Below are positions 29,422-39,846 of a stretch of DNA of 64,000 nucleotides, piece after piece; the first letter of the stretch is position 1, and each line of letters starts with the position of its first letter. This DNA is from Candidatus Woesebacteria bacterium. GTDB lineage: Bacteria; Patescibacteriota; Microgenomatia; UBA1400; UBA1396. The DNA lies in assembly GCA_021208605.1 (NCBI GenBank), contig JAJOJK010000003.1, positions 9,481 to 73,480 on the forward strand, given 5' to 3'. Made by a program: the position numbers and the translations under genes. The notes below the pieces were generated by a model, which was not told the DNA's origin, did not search any database, and was given only the letters and a program-made list of their open reading frames with translations.

Positions 29422-30186
29422 TCAAAACCCAGCAAAATACTCCAAAATCTCCTCATGCAACACGCCATTCGATGCCAAAATATGCGTCGAATCGAGGCTG
29501 AGGGGATTACCCTGCAGATCAGTCACTTTGCCACCGGCCTCAGTGATAATGGTAATGAACGGCGCCACGTCGTAAATAAAGGTGTCAACTTCAATCATTG
29601 CCTCGGCATGACCAGCGGCCACCCAGCTATATCCCGGATAAGCACCCACGTTTCGCGTGCCCTGCACGTCTTCGGCCAAAGCCGCCATCATAGAAAAAGA
29701 GTTTGTACGCTGGAGGTATTTGTATGCCGGACCAACCACAAAAGAAGTGCGGAGATCGCTGCGCGAGGAAACCTGTATTCTTTCGCCATTGCGCCAAGCG
29801 CCGGCTCCTTTTTCGGCATAAATCAGTTCACCAACTCTCGGGCTCATGGAAACACCGACAATAAATTCTTCGCCTCTTTTCAGCGCCACCAGAGTCGAGA
29901 AAAATGGCAGACCACGCGTAAACTCGCGCGTGCCGTCAATGGGATCGACAATCCAGACATACTCGGCTTCGAGAGCTTCGCGAGCCGTTTCTTCGCCATA
30001 AAACCCGTGATCCGGAAAGTGTTCATGAATGATGCTCTTCGCCTCTTCCTCAATCTGCCGATCCAGTTCGGTAACCACCGAGTTATTCGGCTTCACCTCG
30101 AGAGACTTAAATTGCTGCTGACTAGCCAGCAGAATTGTTTTGGCTCTTTGGGCAACTTCGAGGGCGACGGTGAGGTAGTGGGACAT
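29422..30186 (-). CDS. Inositol monophosphatase family protein
   Basis: VTELD..E, GEE, WIVDPIDGT, DVAP...I..EAGG. Confidence 0.93.
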   Translation of the reverse strand: MSHYLTVALEVAQRAKTILLASQQQFKSLEVKPNNSVVTELDRQIEEEAKSIIHEHFPDHGFYGEETAREALEAEYVWIVDPIDGTREFTRGLPFFSTLVALKRGEEFIVGVSMSPRVGELIYAEKGAGAWRNGERIQVSSRSDLRTSFVVGPAYKYLQRTNSFSMMAALAEDVQGTRNVGAYPGYSWVAAGHAEAMIEVDTFIYDVAPFITIITEAGGKVTDLQGNPLSLDSTHILASNGVLHEEILEYFAGF

Positions 30187-30264
30187 TAAGGACGAGTATA
30201 GAACAAACGCAAAAAAATGTCAGTTTTCTTTATGGTAAAAAAAGCAGATGGTTGCAAAAATATT

Positions 30265-30450
30265 GCAGGCCCACTAGGATTTCACGACTCCGTTCGCTCC
30301 CGCGAACTCCGCATGCACTAGGGTTGTTTCGCATTTCTTCTATTTCGGTATGCTCACCCCGTCGGAACCTTGTAGCTCCCAACCTCTGCGCACCAGCCAA
30401 TAAAAAAACCGCCGATGGCGGATTTTTTACTGGCAGGCCCACTAGGATTT
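30265..30450 (-). mobile_element. tRNA-Trp-anchored repeat element (same family as 2577-2758)
   Basis: GCAGGCCCACTAGGATTT at 30265-30282 and 30433-30450; core 30307-30364 identical to 2620-2677. Confidence 0.7.
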
Positions 30451-30504
30451 GAACCTAGACGAAGGGTTTTGGAGACCCTCATGCTACCGTTACATCATGA
30501 GCCT
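30431..30504 (-). tRNA. tRNA-Trp (CCA)
   Basis: AGGCTCA...AGGGT-CT-CCA-AA-ACCCT...GTTCAAATC...TGGGCCT-G-CCA. Confidence 0.93.
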
Positions 30505-30712
30505 TTGGCTTCGCAGGAGTGTGGCAGCAGTCACAGTACTGCAATCATTTGGCCGGGCACTCGACGCGGAAGTCGTGATCCGTATTGTAACACGCAAGTG
30601 AGAGTTTCAGACAAAACACGGGTGTTCTCTTGACCGCAACACAAAGAGTTTGTTTCAGGACAAACAAAAATGTTTTTAGTGTTTCACTTAATTTGCTTGG
30701 TATACTTAAAAA

Positions 30713-31540
30713 ATGCGGTTTTGGAAATCACGGGAAACCAATCCAGAAAAACAGAGAGATATTCTGGCTGAAGAACTCGTACAGATACTTGCACCTGATC
30801 CCGATATTTTGAATCCCAATCTGCCGCGAGTACGCCTCGGTCGATTTTGTCAGCAGCACGAATATCGGAAATTTGCTTACGATGAGATACATTCAAAAGT
30901 TCTTCCTGATCTCAAAAAGATTGTTTTAGAAAATGAACAAGCAATTATCTCTGTCTTTGCAGCAATTATGAAGAATGAGCAAAAAACAGGAATGCGCCTA
31001 CGCAGCCTAAAAGACAACAATCTCCCTTCAAAACGCTATCTACAAGCCTGGGCCTATTTTTTCAATGCCTACTATTTTCCAGAAAAAAACGCACAGAGTG
31101 CCGAACCTATCCTAAAGGCTCGAGAACAGTATGCAGAACTGTTCACAGTAACAGACCAACTCATGGATATTCTCAGTCAAACAATGACAGAACTTCTCTA
31201 CACACAACCTTCATTCCATAATTTTCCCCAAAAAAGAAGAGATCTGAACCGCACCTGGAAAGAAAAAATTTTGCCCTTGCTCAAAGAGGCTTCAAAAGTA
31301 ACACCAGAAACGGGTCAGGCCTCTTTTGAAAGCAGTCTGATAAAGGTGGTGGTAAGTAATGAACTTGCCGGATTTCCAATCGGTCACGAAGCTCGATTGA
31401 TGACTTTTGTTTACCTGGCCTATGAGATCAAGGGGATCAACAAATTATCCACAATCCCAGAAGACGTGCAAGAATTTCTTGCTTTTCTGAAGGCCCAATA
31501 TCAGATTGATAACAACAGAATCCAGAAAAAAACTTCTTAA
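30713..31540 (+). CDS. Hypothetical helical protein, AT-richer
   Basis: 275-aa ORF; no recognisable motif. Confidence 0.7.
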   Translation: MRFWKSRETNPEKQRDILAEELVQILAPDPDILNPNLPRVRLGRFCQQHEYRKFAYDEIHSKVLPDLKKIVLENEQAIISVFAAIMKNEQKTGMRLRSLKDNNLPSKRYLQAWAYFFNAYYFPEKNAQSAEPILKAREQYAELFTVTDQLMDILSQTMTELLYTQPSFHNFPQKRRDLNRTWKEKILPLLKEASKVTPETGQASFESSLIKVVVSNELAGFPIGHEARLMTFVYLAYEIKGINKLSTIPEDVQEFLAFLKAQYQIDNNRIQKKTS

Positions 31541-33147
31541 AAACGCAAACGTGTCCACTGCACCATATCGCGCGCCTGCTCATAGTTCACCACCCAGCCG
31601 GTTTGGCGAATGCTCTTGTAGAGTCCCTGGCGGAAAAAGTCGCCTTGATCGTTGTAAACTTCAGGATATCCGCGGTAGCGCTTGATGTTGTAGGTGTAGG
31701 CCTCAATCTGGTCTTGGGCTTGCTGGATGTAGATTTCATCGCCGGTCACTTGCGCCAAGTGGGCTAAGAGCTTGGTGTACTCCATTCCCCAGTGACTCCA
31801 GATGGCGGTCGAGGCATAGGTCGGCGCGATCAGTCGAACCGGCAAATAGAGCTGCCACGAGCGCAAATCAGGGTGGTACTGCAGGCCAAACGGTTGGTCG
31901 ATGGCGTTTCTTTGGATATAGGCTACCGAGCGCTCCAGGTAAGGCAAATCTTCTGGATTTTCTGGATCAAGAAAGCCTGTCTGATACGCAATCATCCAGT
32001 CAGATGAGTAATATTTGTTTTCAAGTGATTCATCACTCAAATCCTCTCGGAAAAAGCCGTCTTCGGGCAACCAATAGGCGTCGAGAATGCGTTGCTTGTA
32101 GTTGTCTAAAAAGGCGGGATCTTGCTCTATGACTTCGAGCTGTTGGAGCAGTTGAGCAGTCCGCCAAAAGACGATGTTGTCGTAGAGCGCACTTTCGCGG
32201 TGCACAATGTCTTTCGTGCCGGACAGGCGGATGTCCTTGCGAATAAAGCCTGTCTGCTCATCGTAGGCGTAGTCATAGTAGGTCTGCCAGTGACGGCGAA
32301 GGCTGTCGGCGTAGGTGGCTTCGAGCTGCGCGGCGGCGGTGGCGGTTTCGAGCATGACCAGCTCTTTCGCAGGGTCTATCCTTCCGTTATAAGGATACAA
32401 GTCAACTAACGTTTCTTCATCCTGCATCACCTGTAAAGCAAAAACCAGGCTGTACAAGGTATCGGACGGCAAATCGTAAATGTTCAGCAGAGCAACCGAG
32501 CGCGGACCAACCGGCACAATTGTGGTCGAGAGGCGATCTGATTTGCTGTACACCTGCAGCGCATAGGCCGTAGTTTTCAGGTAAATATGCTGGCGATTTT
32601 TCCAGTCGAGATCATCCAGCGCGGTGCGCCGATCCAACAAAGAATGGTAGAAAATTCCCAAAGAACGTGGATATAAAACACTGAAATGATCGCCTGAAAT
32701 CAAAAATGGTTCAGCGGGATCAAACCGATCAGCATGAATTTCCCGGATGATTTCATCAACTTTACGCTCTTGCGCTTTCTGCCCGCCCGTAAACTTGCTG
32801 GAAACAATGTGCCACCCCGCCTTCACCTTGGCTAGCTGACTAAAAAACGGACTCTCGCGCACAAATAAGTTGTCATTTTCCTCGAGTGTAAACATACCAT
32901 TTTCGTAGACCACCTCTTGGTACGGATCAACCACAATTGAAAACCGTACAAACGGATTCGTGATGTAGGAAAATATGGCGACTACTAGCGTGGCGGCGAT
33001 CAACGACCGCTGCAGCCATTTTCGGCGACGGTTTTTCGGTGACCACACAGCCTGACTGAGCTGACGAACTCGCCGCCGAGCCTTCTTGCCGAAAGTGCTC
33101 GGCGTCCACGGCACGTTGAACACTTTGTTTTTGAGTTTTTTTTTCAT
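31537..33147 (-). CDS. Membrane-anchored six-hairpin glycosidase-like protein
   Basis: N-terminal TM; YPRS, YDN..FW, W....GFF, IW..WG, GYPEVY pattern of (alpha/alpha)6 glycoside hydrolases. Confidence 0.6.
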   Translation of the reverse strand: MKKKLKNKVFNVPWTPSTFGKKARRRVRQLSQAVWSPKNRRRKWLQRSLIAATLVVAIFSYITNPFVRFSIVVDPYQEVVYENGMFTLEENDNLFVRESPFFSQLAKVKAGWHIVSSKFTGGQKAQERKVDEIIREIHADRFDPAEPFLISGDHFSVLYPRSLGIFYHSLLDRRTALDDLDWKNRQHIYLKTTAYALQVYSKSDRLSTTIVPVGPRSVALLNIYDLPSDTLYSLVFALQVMQDEETLVDLYPYNGRIDPAKELVMLETATAAAQLEATYADSLRRHWQTYYDYAYDEQTGFIRKDIRLSGTKDIVHRESALYDNIVFWRTAQLLQQLEVIEQDPAFLDNYKQRILDAYWLPEDGFFREDLSDESLENKYYSSDWMIAYQTGFLDPENPEDLPYLERSVAYIQRNAIDQPFGLQYHPDLRSWQLYLPVRLIAPTYASTAIWSHWGMEYTKLLAHLAQVTGDEIYIQQAQDQIEAYTYNIKRYRGYPEVYNDQGDFFRQGLYKSIRQTGWVVNYEQARDMVQWTRLRF

Positions 33148-33151
33148 TGCT

Positions 33152-33180
33152 TACGTCCTTATAACAGAGGGTCTGACCCT
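33152..33180. repeat. REP-like family B copy
   Basis: TACGTCCTTATAACAGAGGGTCTGACCCT. Confidence 0.7.
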
Positions 33181-33195
33181 ATATATATGTCTATG

Positions 33196-33606
33196 CTATT
33201 CGCTCTTCATATTGTGACGCAATACGAATCGCAACACAATGTATACCGACAGAGCTACTAGGAAAAAGTCAATCAGATTGGTAATAAATAATCCGTAGTT
33301 CAGCGTGGCAGCGCCCGCCGCTTGCGCATCGGCCAAAGTAGAGTACTGCCCGCCTGACAAGTTAAGGTAAAGCTCTGTAAAATCAGCATTGCCGAGCAGC
33401 AAGCCGATCGGAGGCATCACGATATCTTCTACCAGAGACGTCGTCAGCTGCTTAAATGCTGTTCCAATTACCACACCGACCGTCAGATCGATAACGTTGC
33501 CTTGCAGAGCAAACTCACGAAAATCCTGCCAAAAGGTGCGGACGTGACCGGAAACTTCTTGAGACATTGCCTCAGCAGACTTAGGAGAGAGAGTTTGCTT
33601 TGCCAT
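33196..33606 (-). CDS. mscL: Large-conductance mechanosensitive channel
   Basis: FREFALQGNVIDLTVGVVIGTAF..LV.DIVMP, YGLFI...IDF. Confidence 0.95.
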   Translation of the reverse strand: MAKQTLSPKSAEAMSQEVSGHVRTFWQDFREFALQGNVIDLTVGVVIGTAFKQLTTSLVEDIVMPPIGLLLGNADFTELYLNLSGGQYSTLADAQAAGAATLNYGLFITNLIDFFLVALSVYIVLRFVLRHNMKSE

Positions 33607-33650
33607 GACGGTAGTATACCTGACGGAGAAAAAAGAGCGCAAACAATCAA

Positions 33651-33746
33651 TATGCTCGACCCCTAGACCTCGTCGCAAACCTCAGTTTTAAACCACATTC
33701 ACTCAAGCAAAAAAAGATCCCGAATGGGATCTTATTTTGAAGAAAG
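33651..33746 (-). repeat. Degenerate partial copy of the tRNA-anchored element behind tRNA-Tyr, including terminator hairpin
   Basis: TATGCTCGACCCC..CGTCGCAAACCTCAGTTT compared with TATGCTCACCCCGTCGCGAACCGCAGCTT at Ile; AAGATCCC/GGGATCTT hairpin. Confidence 0.5.
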
Positions 33747-33829
33747 TGCCGGGTGAAGGATTCGAACCTACGAAGGCGTACGCCAGCAGATTTACAGTCT
33801 GCCCCCGTTGACCGCTTGGGTAACCCGGC
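33747..33829 (-). tRNA. tRNA-Tyr (GTA)
   Basis: GCCGGGT...GCAGA-CT-GTA-AA-TCTGC, long variable arm, GTTCGAATC. Confidence 0.95.
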
Positions 33830-33880
33830 GAGAAGTACGTGATATTGTAACATGGATTTTTGGTGGCGGGTGACGGAGCA

Positions 33881-33934
33881 AGGGACCGACCCTTAGGCCT
33901 AGAACAAAAAAACCGCGGCCTAGGGGTGTCTCCC
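33881..33934. repeat. REP-like family A doublet
   Basis: AGGGACCGACCCTTAGGCCTAGA...GGCCTAGGGGTGTCTCCC. Confidence 0.8.
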
Positions 33935-35268
33935 TACTTCATCGTACGCACAATTTCCCGCGCCCCGCGATAAAACTCCGGCGGCATCAAGCGAGCCTTT
34001 TCCAAAGCCGACTCCAGCCACGGCTTTTCCAGCGAGCGATCCATAATGTGCTCGAGTTGTTCCTCGACTTTGCCGTCACCAGAATCCACAACCCGCGCCA
34101 CACCGCTCTGCGTGAACATCGCCTGGATATTCACCTCCCACTCGCCCCACGGCTTCAACAAAAGTACCGCACAACCGGCACCCACGGCGTCATACGCCAT
34201 GTCGCCAGATGGCTTGGTAAAGACCACATCCGCCCATGGAAAACCATACGCTAACAGCAAGTTATTCGCATCCACAATATCCTCGGAAGAAATCACGCGC
34301 AGAGCGGCATTTTTGTCGCTCACGTCTTCAGAAATACTCACGCCGTGGAACTTTTCCACAACCTTTTCCACCATGGCAACATGATCCAAATTTGTGCCAG
34401 CATAATATATAAGCTGCACTTTGTTGTGCTGTCGCCGTCGCGTCAGGGGCACCAACTGTTTCAAGATAGACTCCAGCTCTCGCTTGTTTGTACCGAGTCC
34501 ACCCGTGGTCAACAAAATTCGCAGCGGCCGGCGACGCCAGGAGTCGGTTCGTTTGTGCTTGGCGGCGGCCAAAACACGTGGGTCAATGGGTGGACCGGTA
34601 ACAATAACGCGTTCGGGGTCGACTTTTTTGCCATGGGCCGAAGCGACCTCAAAAAATTCATAGCGCGTTTGTTCGTCAAAAACACAAAAGGTGATGTTGG
34701 AAAGGTGGGCATTCTGAACGTAATCCGGACGCACATGCGGATCGGTGACCACCTGCACAACAGTCTTGCCCGCTTGCGCCAAAATATTACCGGTCACAAT
34801 GTGAAAGGACAAAACTGGCTGACGGACATTTTCAAACAAATGCAAAAGTGGTGGCGTGATTTCGTCTGCTAAGGGGAATTTCTGCCGACCAATCGTATCA
34901 AGCACATTTTTCTTCACCCACTCGAGAAGTGAGTGCCGCGCCATCAACCGGCCAAGTGTTTCACTCATGGCGACGCGCTTCCAGTCACTATGCTGGACAT
35001 AGTTGGTGGGATCGACCATCCAGGCTTTCTCCGGCTGCGGCGAGTCCCCATCCCAGGCGACAATGCCTGCGGCCAAGGCCATCGAATAGTGCGCTCGCGA
35101 AAACACCACCTCCTGGTGGTCAAATTCGTCGTCCAAACGATACTGGTCTTCTAAGAGATCTCTGTATGAGGCAGAAATGGTCACTATGGGAAGTTTGGTC
35201 TTCTCGAGCAGCATTCGGTCGGCTGCTAGAAGCTTTTGCGAAACTTCGTCGACGAGGGAGTTGGGCAT
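33934..35268 (-). CDS. GT-B fold glycosyltransferase-like protein (MurG/UgtP-like C-terminal domain)
   Basis: VVTDP, VTGPPI, LLTTGGLG, ADVVFTKPSG, GEWE.N. Confidence 0.7.
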   Translation of the reverse strand: MPNSLVDEVSQKLLAADRMLLEKTKLPIVTISASYRDLLEDQYRLDDEFDHQEVVFSRAHYSMALAAGIVAWDGDSPQPEKAWMVDPTNYVQHSDWKRVAMSETLGRLMARHSLLEWVKKNVLDTIGRQKFPLADEITPPLLHLFENVRQPVLSFHIVTGNILAQAGKTVVQVVTDPHVRPDYVQNAHLSNITFCVFDEQTRYEFFEVASAHGKKVDPERVIVTGPPIDPRVLAAAKHKRTDSWRRRPLRILLTTGGLGTNKRELESILKQLVPLTRRRQHNKVQLIYYAGTNLDHVAMVEKVVEKFHGVSISEDVSDKNAALRVISSEDIVDANNLLLAYGFPWADVVFTKPSGDMAYDAVGAGCAVLLLKPWGEWEVNIQAMFTQSGVARVVDSGDGKVEEQLEHIMDRSLEKPWLESALEKARLMPPEFYRGAREIVRTMK

Positions 35269-35298
35269 AAAGTCATTGTACTACAATCGAGAACAATC

Positions 35299-35320
35299 GG
35301 GAGACACCCCTAGGCCTATA
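35299..35320. repeat. REP-like family A copy
   Basis: GGGAGACACCCCTAGGCCTATA. Confidence 0.8.
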
Positions 35321-35335
35321 AAAAACAAAAGCCCC

Positions 35336-38030
35336 CTACGGCGCCACCTCGCGCCAAATATACCGCGGCACCTTCATTTCCTCGGGAGTATTCAGCAAGA
35401 AATCAGCGCGGTATTTAAATAACTCGGTTGGAGTTAGGTTGTTCTCCACTTTGCGGCCGGCGTAGTCATCGTAGTCGCGTTCCATGACGATGCCGCTCCA
35501 GCCCACAAACGTGCCTTCGCCGACAAATTTGCCGTCGCCGCCGTTTTCGGGGCCGCGACTTGGCAGAAGAATTTGTCCGTTGGCAATAAAGACACCCTCC
35601 ACCAGGCCGTCGGTAGCCGTCAAATCAGCATGCTCGACTGCTGGATCAATCGTAATGTCGCCGCTGGCAATAATCGCCGTAAAGCCGCCAACCGCAGTTT
35701 GGATTTCGCCCGCAATCGTGACGTTGCCGTCCACAAAAACCACAATCTCTTCACCGCTGGCCACGGACCAGTCGTCCTCAATGCGTAAATCGCCAGAATG
35801 GTAGTAGGCGTTGATGTCGTCATTTTGCGGAGTCAGCGTTGGCTTTTGGGCGTCGTTGGCGCTGGTAGTGAAGTCGTCTTCTGGCGTTTCGGGGAATTTG
35901 TACAAGCGCAGGAAGTACTCGTAGCGCTCCTGGACGACTTTGCGATCCACGGTGCCGACGATATTGCGACCATCTTGGTCAACCGACGCCGTCTGATTCC
36001 CCGCCTCCTGGCGCAGATCAACCACGCCGCCACCGGTCATCAAGTATCCAGAAGTATTTTCGGTATCAGCCGCTTGCGTAATCAGGTATGGCTGACAACC
36101 GGCGTCAGTCGTACAAGAATCAGGGATGTAGTTTCGGATCGCGGTACCCGTCTCCTGCAGCGCCGTCACCGGCCCTCCCGCAGCCTGGAACCACGGATCC
36201 CGCGCCTCGATCAAGAAGAAATTCACACCCGCCTGCGGCGAACTAATCCCGCTGTACACACAGCCGGCCGGACAGGTACAGGTGTACAGGTGCGAGTCAC
36301 CAATGTTGAGCTGAAGCAAGTTATTTCCTGGATCCCAGTAAGGCGCTGAAGCTTGGTAGGTGCCATCTGCGGCTACACTTCCGGCGGCGTACTCTTCGCC
36401 ATTTTGCTCGATCCCCACTGCCGAAGCACCCGCCTGGAGCGGAGGCAAAGAATCGCCAGTAGTACACACCCCACCCGTGAGCGAGGCGGTGTTGTTGCTA
36501 TCAAGATACACCGTGCCAGTCACCGGCGCGTGCACAGTGAAGGTGATATAGGAAGTCCAGGAAGAATAATCGGTGCCACAATCGATATTGAGCGCCCGGA
36601 CTCGGAACTGATAATTCAATGCCGTCGGCGTGAAATCCAAACGAGAAATATTTACCGTGCCACAACGAGCATCCGGATCACTACACGAAACAACACCTTG
36701 TGGGAAAAGTTCATATTGCCAACGGTCAGCTTTATCGGTATTCGTCCAGTTGATTCGTACCTGACCAGTACTCGTATTCATCAAAGCAATACCACCATCG
36801 GTCGGCGTATTGATTGTTGGGCGAGGCGGCGCACCGTTATCAGCACTACTACACGTTCCGCCACAGCCATTACTGCCACCGCATTCCGGGCCACTCGGAC
36901 AACTCGGATTACAAACAATATCACCACAACAGATCTCTCCCGCCCCACAGGATCCCGAACCAGACGGCCGACCCACAACACCACAGTTATCTATGCCAGA
37001 GAAACAAGCCGGACAGCTACCGCCGCCTCCGCCGCCACCACCGCCGCCTCCGCACTCTTGACTAATCCAAGCCGAACACGTCTGCGTATTAGATCGACAC
37101 CCACCAATACAATCCCCACAAAAAATCTGCCCCGAGGGACAACGGTCGTCGGTGGTGTCTACGGAGCAGCTGTTAGCCGCAATACAGTCGTGAGTTCCAC
37201 AAGTCCCACTTTGATTTGAACAGGTAAGCCCGATGCTGTTGCAATCACAGGAGAAGGTGTTGGCGCAGGTGGTTGTTAAATCACAAGTTGCCAGAGGGTC
37301 TAGACAGTCTTCATCTCGAGAACAACTCTCTCCTGCTTTTGGACCACTATTACATTCTCTTCGTGTTGTTAAATTTCCAACAGTAGCCGAACCTGAACAA
37401 TCTTGTGCATATACAGGTGTAACTAATAAAGATACAAATCTATCAAAAAAAGATTTTTTTTCTCCATATCGTAAAAAATAATCTTGTTTCTTTTCTAAAA
37501 GAATCAGCTGCTTTGATAAATTGCTGATACTCACTGCTAGCAACCACAATTGGTTTATGCTCTAGATAATACAAATTTTGTAGTAAAAGAGTTGAAATTA
37601 AAGAATTTTTTTCTTGTTCTGGTAAATTTTGAACATAACCATTGTTTACATACCATTTCACAAAAAGTATCTGGTCATTATTTTCCGAACTTAAAGAACT
37701 AACTTCAACTGCATCTATTCCTTACAAAATTTTATTATTCTCTTGTGGATCTGATACTAGCTCAAAAACTACTTTAGAAATCGCTACCTCATTAGCCTCA
37801 GCGGAAGAACTCTCTCTATAAGTCAGTATTCCGTTCGAAAAAATGTTAAACGAATACAAATTTGAATGAAAAATTGACTTATCAATTGTAATATCATAAT
37901 TGGTGTCACTTATAAATTGAATGTTTGGTGCATTTTTGTATTTTTGTAAAAACAACCAACCAATGCTCACAACAGCTATACTAGCAATTAATAAAACAAA
38001 AAAAATACGTCTGAAAGAAATAACCTGCAC
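35336..38030 (-). CDS. Large Cys-rich/FN3 surface protein, interrupted by an in-frame TAA (37722-37724) and a frameshift near 37445-37480
   Basis: ORFs 37722-38030 and 37443-37661 share a frame; the product continues into ORF 35336-37549 (VTPVYAQ, Cys repeats, poly-Gly, FN3, VVFVDGNVTI..., WREVAP). Confidence 0.7.
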
Positions 38031-38140
38031 TTAAGTAGCATACTAAATGACTCCTACACATACAATAAGAAAGGAGATAGTTTTGTACTTCCATATACCA
38101 AAATAATCACTTGTTTACATTGAAAAATAAACAGAACTGA

Positions 38141-39748
38141 TTAGGTTGAAGCTTGAATCATTTGAAATGGATGGTGCTGTGGCTCAAGCCATCGTGAAAT
38201 TGGTTCTCCAGAGTTTGGATGTGTACCAATACCTATAGCAGAGACAATAAGTGCTGGCAAAACTCCTTCTTGGTAAGCTTCCACATAGTCATCGGTACCA
38301 TCATAGCCATCTTCGATTACATCCCAGAAATCGGTTTCATCCACAAATCCATTATCTGTATTAGCAGAATCGGCTAGTGGTAATAATAAACCAACTTGCA
38401 TTAAATAGTGAACAGCCATGTCTACACCAGCAAAACTATATTCAGGATAATCTTTTATACTGTCTTCAGCAGAAAGTGCGTCTGCTAAACCATCTTCTGT
38501 GAAAAACAACCTTATAGTTAAATTACCTTGCTCATCAACCACAGCCCCTGAAACGTATTGTCTGGAAGTTCTAAAACCCTGACTAGTAGTTTCTCTAGCC
38601 CGCAAACTCTCGTTTTCGCCCCAGTCTTCATCCCATACCCCTTCAAATACAAGAGTCACAGTTGCAGCACCTAAATCAATATTCGTATTCCCAGTTTCCC
38701 ACTCACCAGTCTCTCTGTTGAAGTAACGAGCGTAGATACTGCCAGTATACTTTCCTGGCCGGAAATTTCGCATAAATTCTTCGAAGGGCGGTCGTTGTTC
38801 TTCTGGAATCGAGTAGTATAAAACGTTATACATTTCTAAAACCCAAGCATCTTGAGCACTCAGAGCTTCACGACCTGTGGAAAAAGCCAACTCCATGGTC
38901 GAGTTTGGTGCATCATTCCACATCATCATGCCGAAAGCTTCAATAGACTTATCAGTTTGAAGGACACGAATCGGGCTGATTCCAGAAAGAGCTACTCGCT
39001 CACCAATAACAGTGTCACCAATCCATTCTTCTTGAACAATATGGGCTGGAGTTTCTGTCACACCGTGGTAAAGAGACTCATAAAGAGAATCAAAGTTTTC
39101 TTCAGTCGCCTGCATCTGTGGAGTTATCACATCTGGAGTAGGAGTAGCCCACTCCGTAGCAGCCGGCTCAGTCTCATTTGGGTTTTCGGTGGCTGGAGCT
39201 GGTTCGGTGCCGTCGGAGTTTGGTTCTGGGGCGGCTTCTGAAGTTGGTTCTGGTAGCGGTTGTACATCTACCTTTCCGAAAAGAAGTGCAATGTTGACAG
39301 TATTTATAGGAGTACCAGATGGATCAGTAAACACTCCTTCTAAATTTGTGCCTTCGAAAAATAACTCCACCCATGTGTTACCATCTTCACCGTCAACTAC
39401 GACTCCCTCAAGAACAGTACCCTCGAGACCTCGGAGAGTACCCAAGGGGGCATTGTTGCTTGTGCTGGGGACAGTTCGTACGGAGAAGTTTCCGTCAACA
39501 ATAGTCACTTGCACGCGCGTGCCTTCTGCGATACTATTAAATTCTTCTTGAGAATCGTAAACTTGCGTAGTTGGAGCTTCACCGCTTCCATTCGGATCTT
39601 CCGTTTCTTGAGCAGATACGATACCAAGTCCACCCGTAAGGGCAAGAAATGCAAAGAAATAACGAGCAAAACGTTTTTTTGCTTCGGGACTCAAAAACTC
39701 ACTCAGTTTTTGGGAAAATGTAGATTGTTCGTTGTCCTGACGTGACAT
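38141..39748 (-). CDS. Secreted acidic protein with SH3b-like domain
   Basis: Signal peptide ending IVSA; FSVRTVPSTS...LGTL...G.TWVE resembles SH3b; Pro/Thr/Glu linker. Confidence 0.7.
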   Translation of the reverse strand: MSRQDNEQSTFSQKLSEFLSPEAKKRFARYFFAFLALTGGLGIVSAQETEDPNGSGEAPTTQVYDSQEEFNSIAEGTRVQVTIVDGNFSVRTVPSTSNNAPLGTLRGLEGTVLEGVVVDGEDGNTWVELFFEGTNLEGVFTDPSGTPINTVNIALLFGKVDVQPLPEPTSEAAPEPNSDGTEPAPATENPNETEPAATEWATPTPDVITPQMQATEENFDSLYESLYHGVTETPAHIVQEEWIGDTVIGERVALSGISPIRVLQTDKSIEAFGMMMWNDAPNSTMELAFSTGREALSAQDAWVLEMYNVLYYSIPEEQRPPFEEFMRNFRPGKYTGSIYARYFNRETGEWETGNTNIDLGAATVTLVFEGVWDEDWGENESLRARETTSQGFRTSRQYVSGAVVDEQGNLTIRLFFTEDGLADALSAEDSIKDYPEYSFAGVDMAVHYLMQVGLLLPLADSANTDNGFVDETDFWDVIEDGYDGTDDYVEAYQEGVLPALIVSAIGIGTHPNSGEPISRWLEPQHHPFQMIQAST

Positions 39749-39846
39749 AGCGCGTCTCCAGGTGTTTTTAGCGTGGCTGAAAGGCGACGCCTTTCCGCTA
39801 AATCCTCATTATAGGTGTGAGTATTTGAAAAAACAATAGGCAAATC

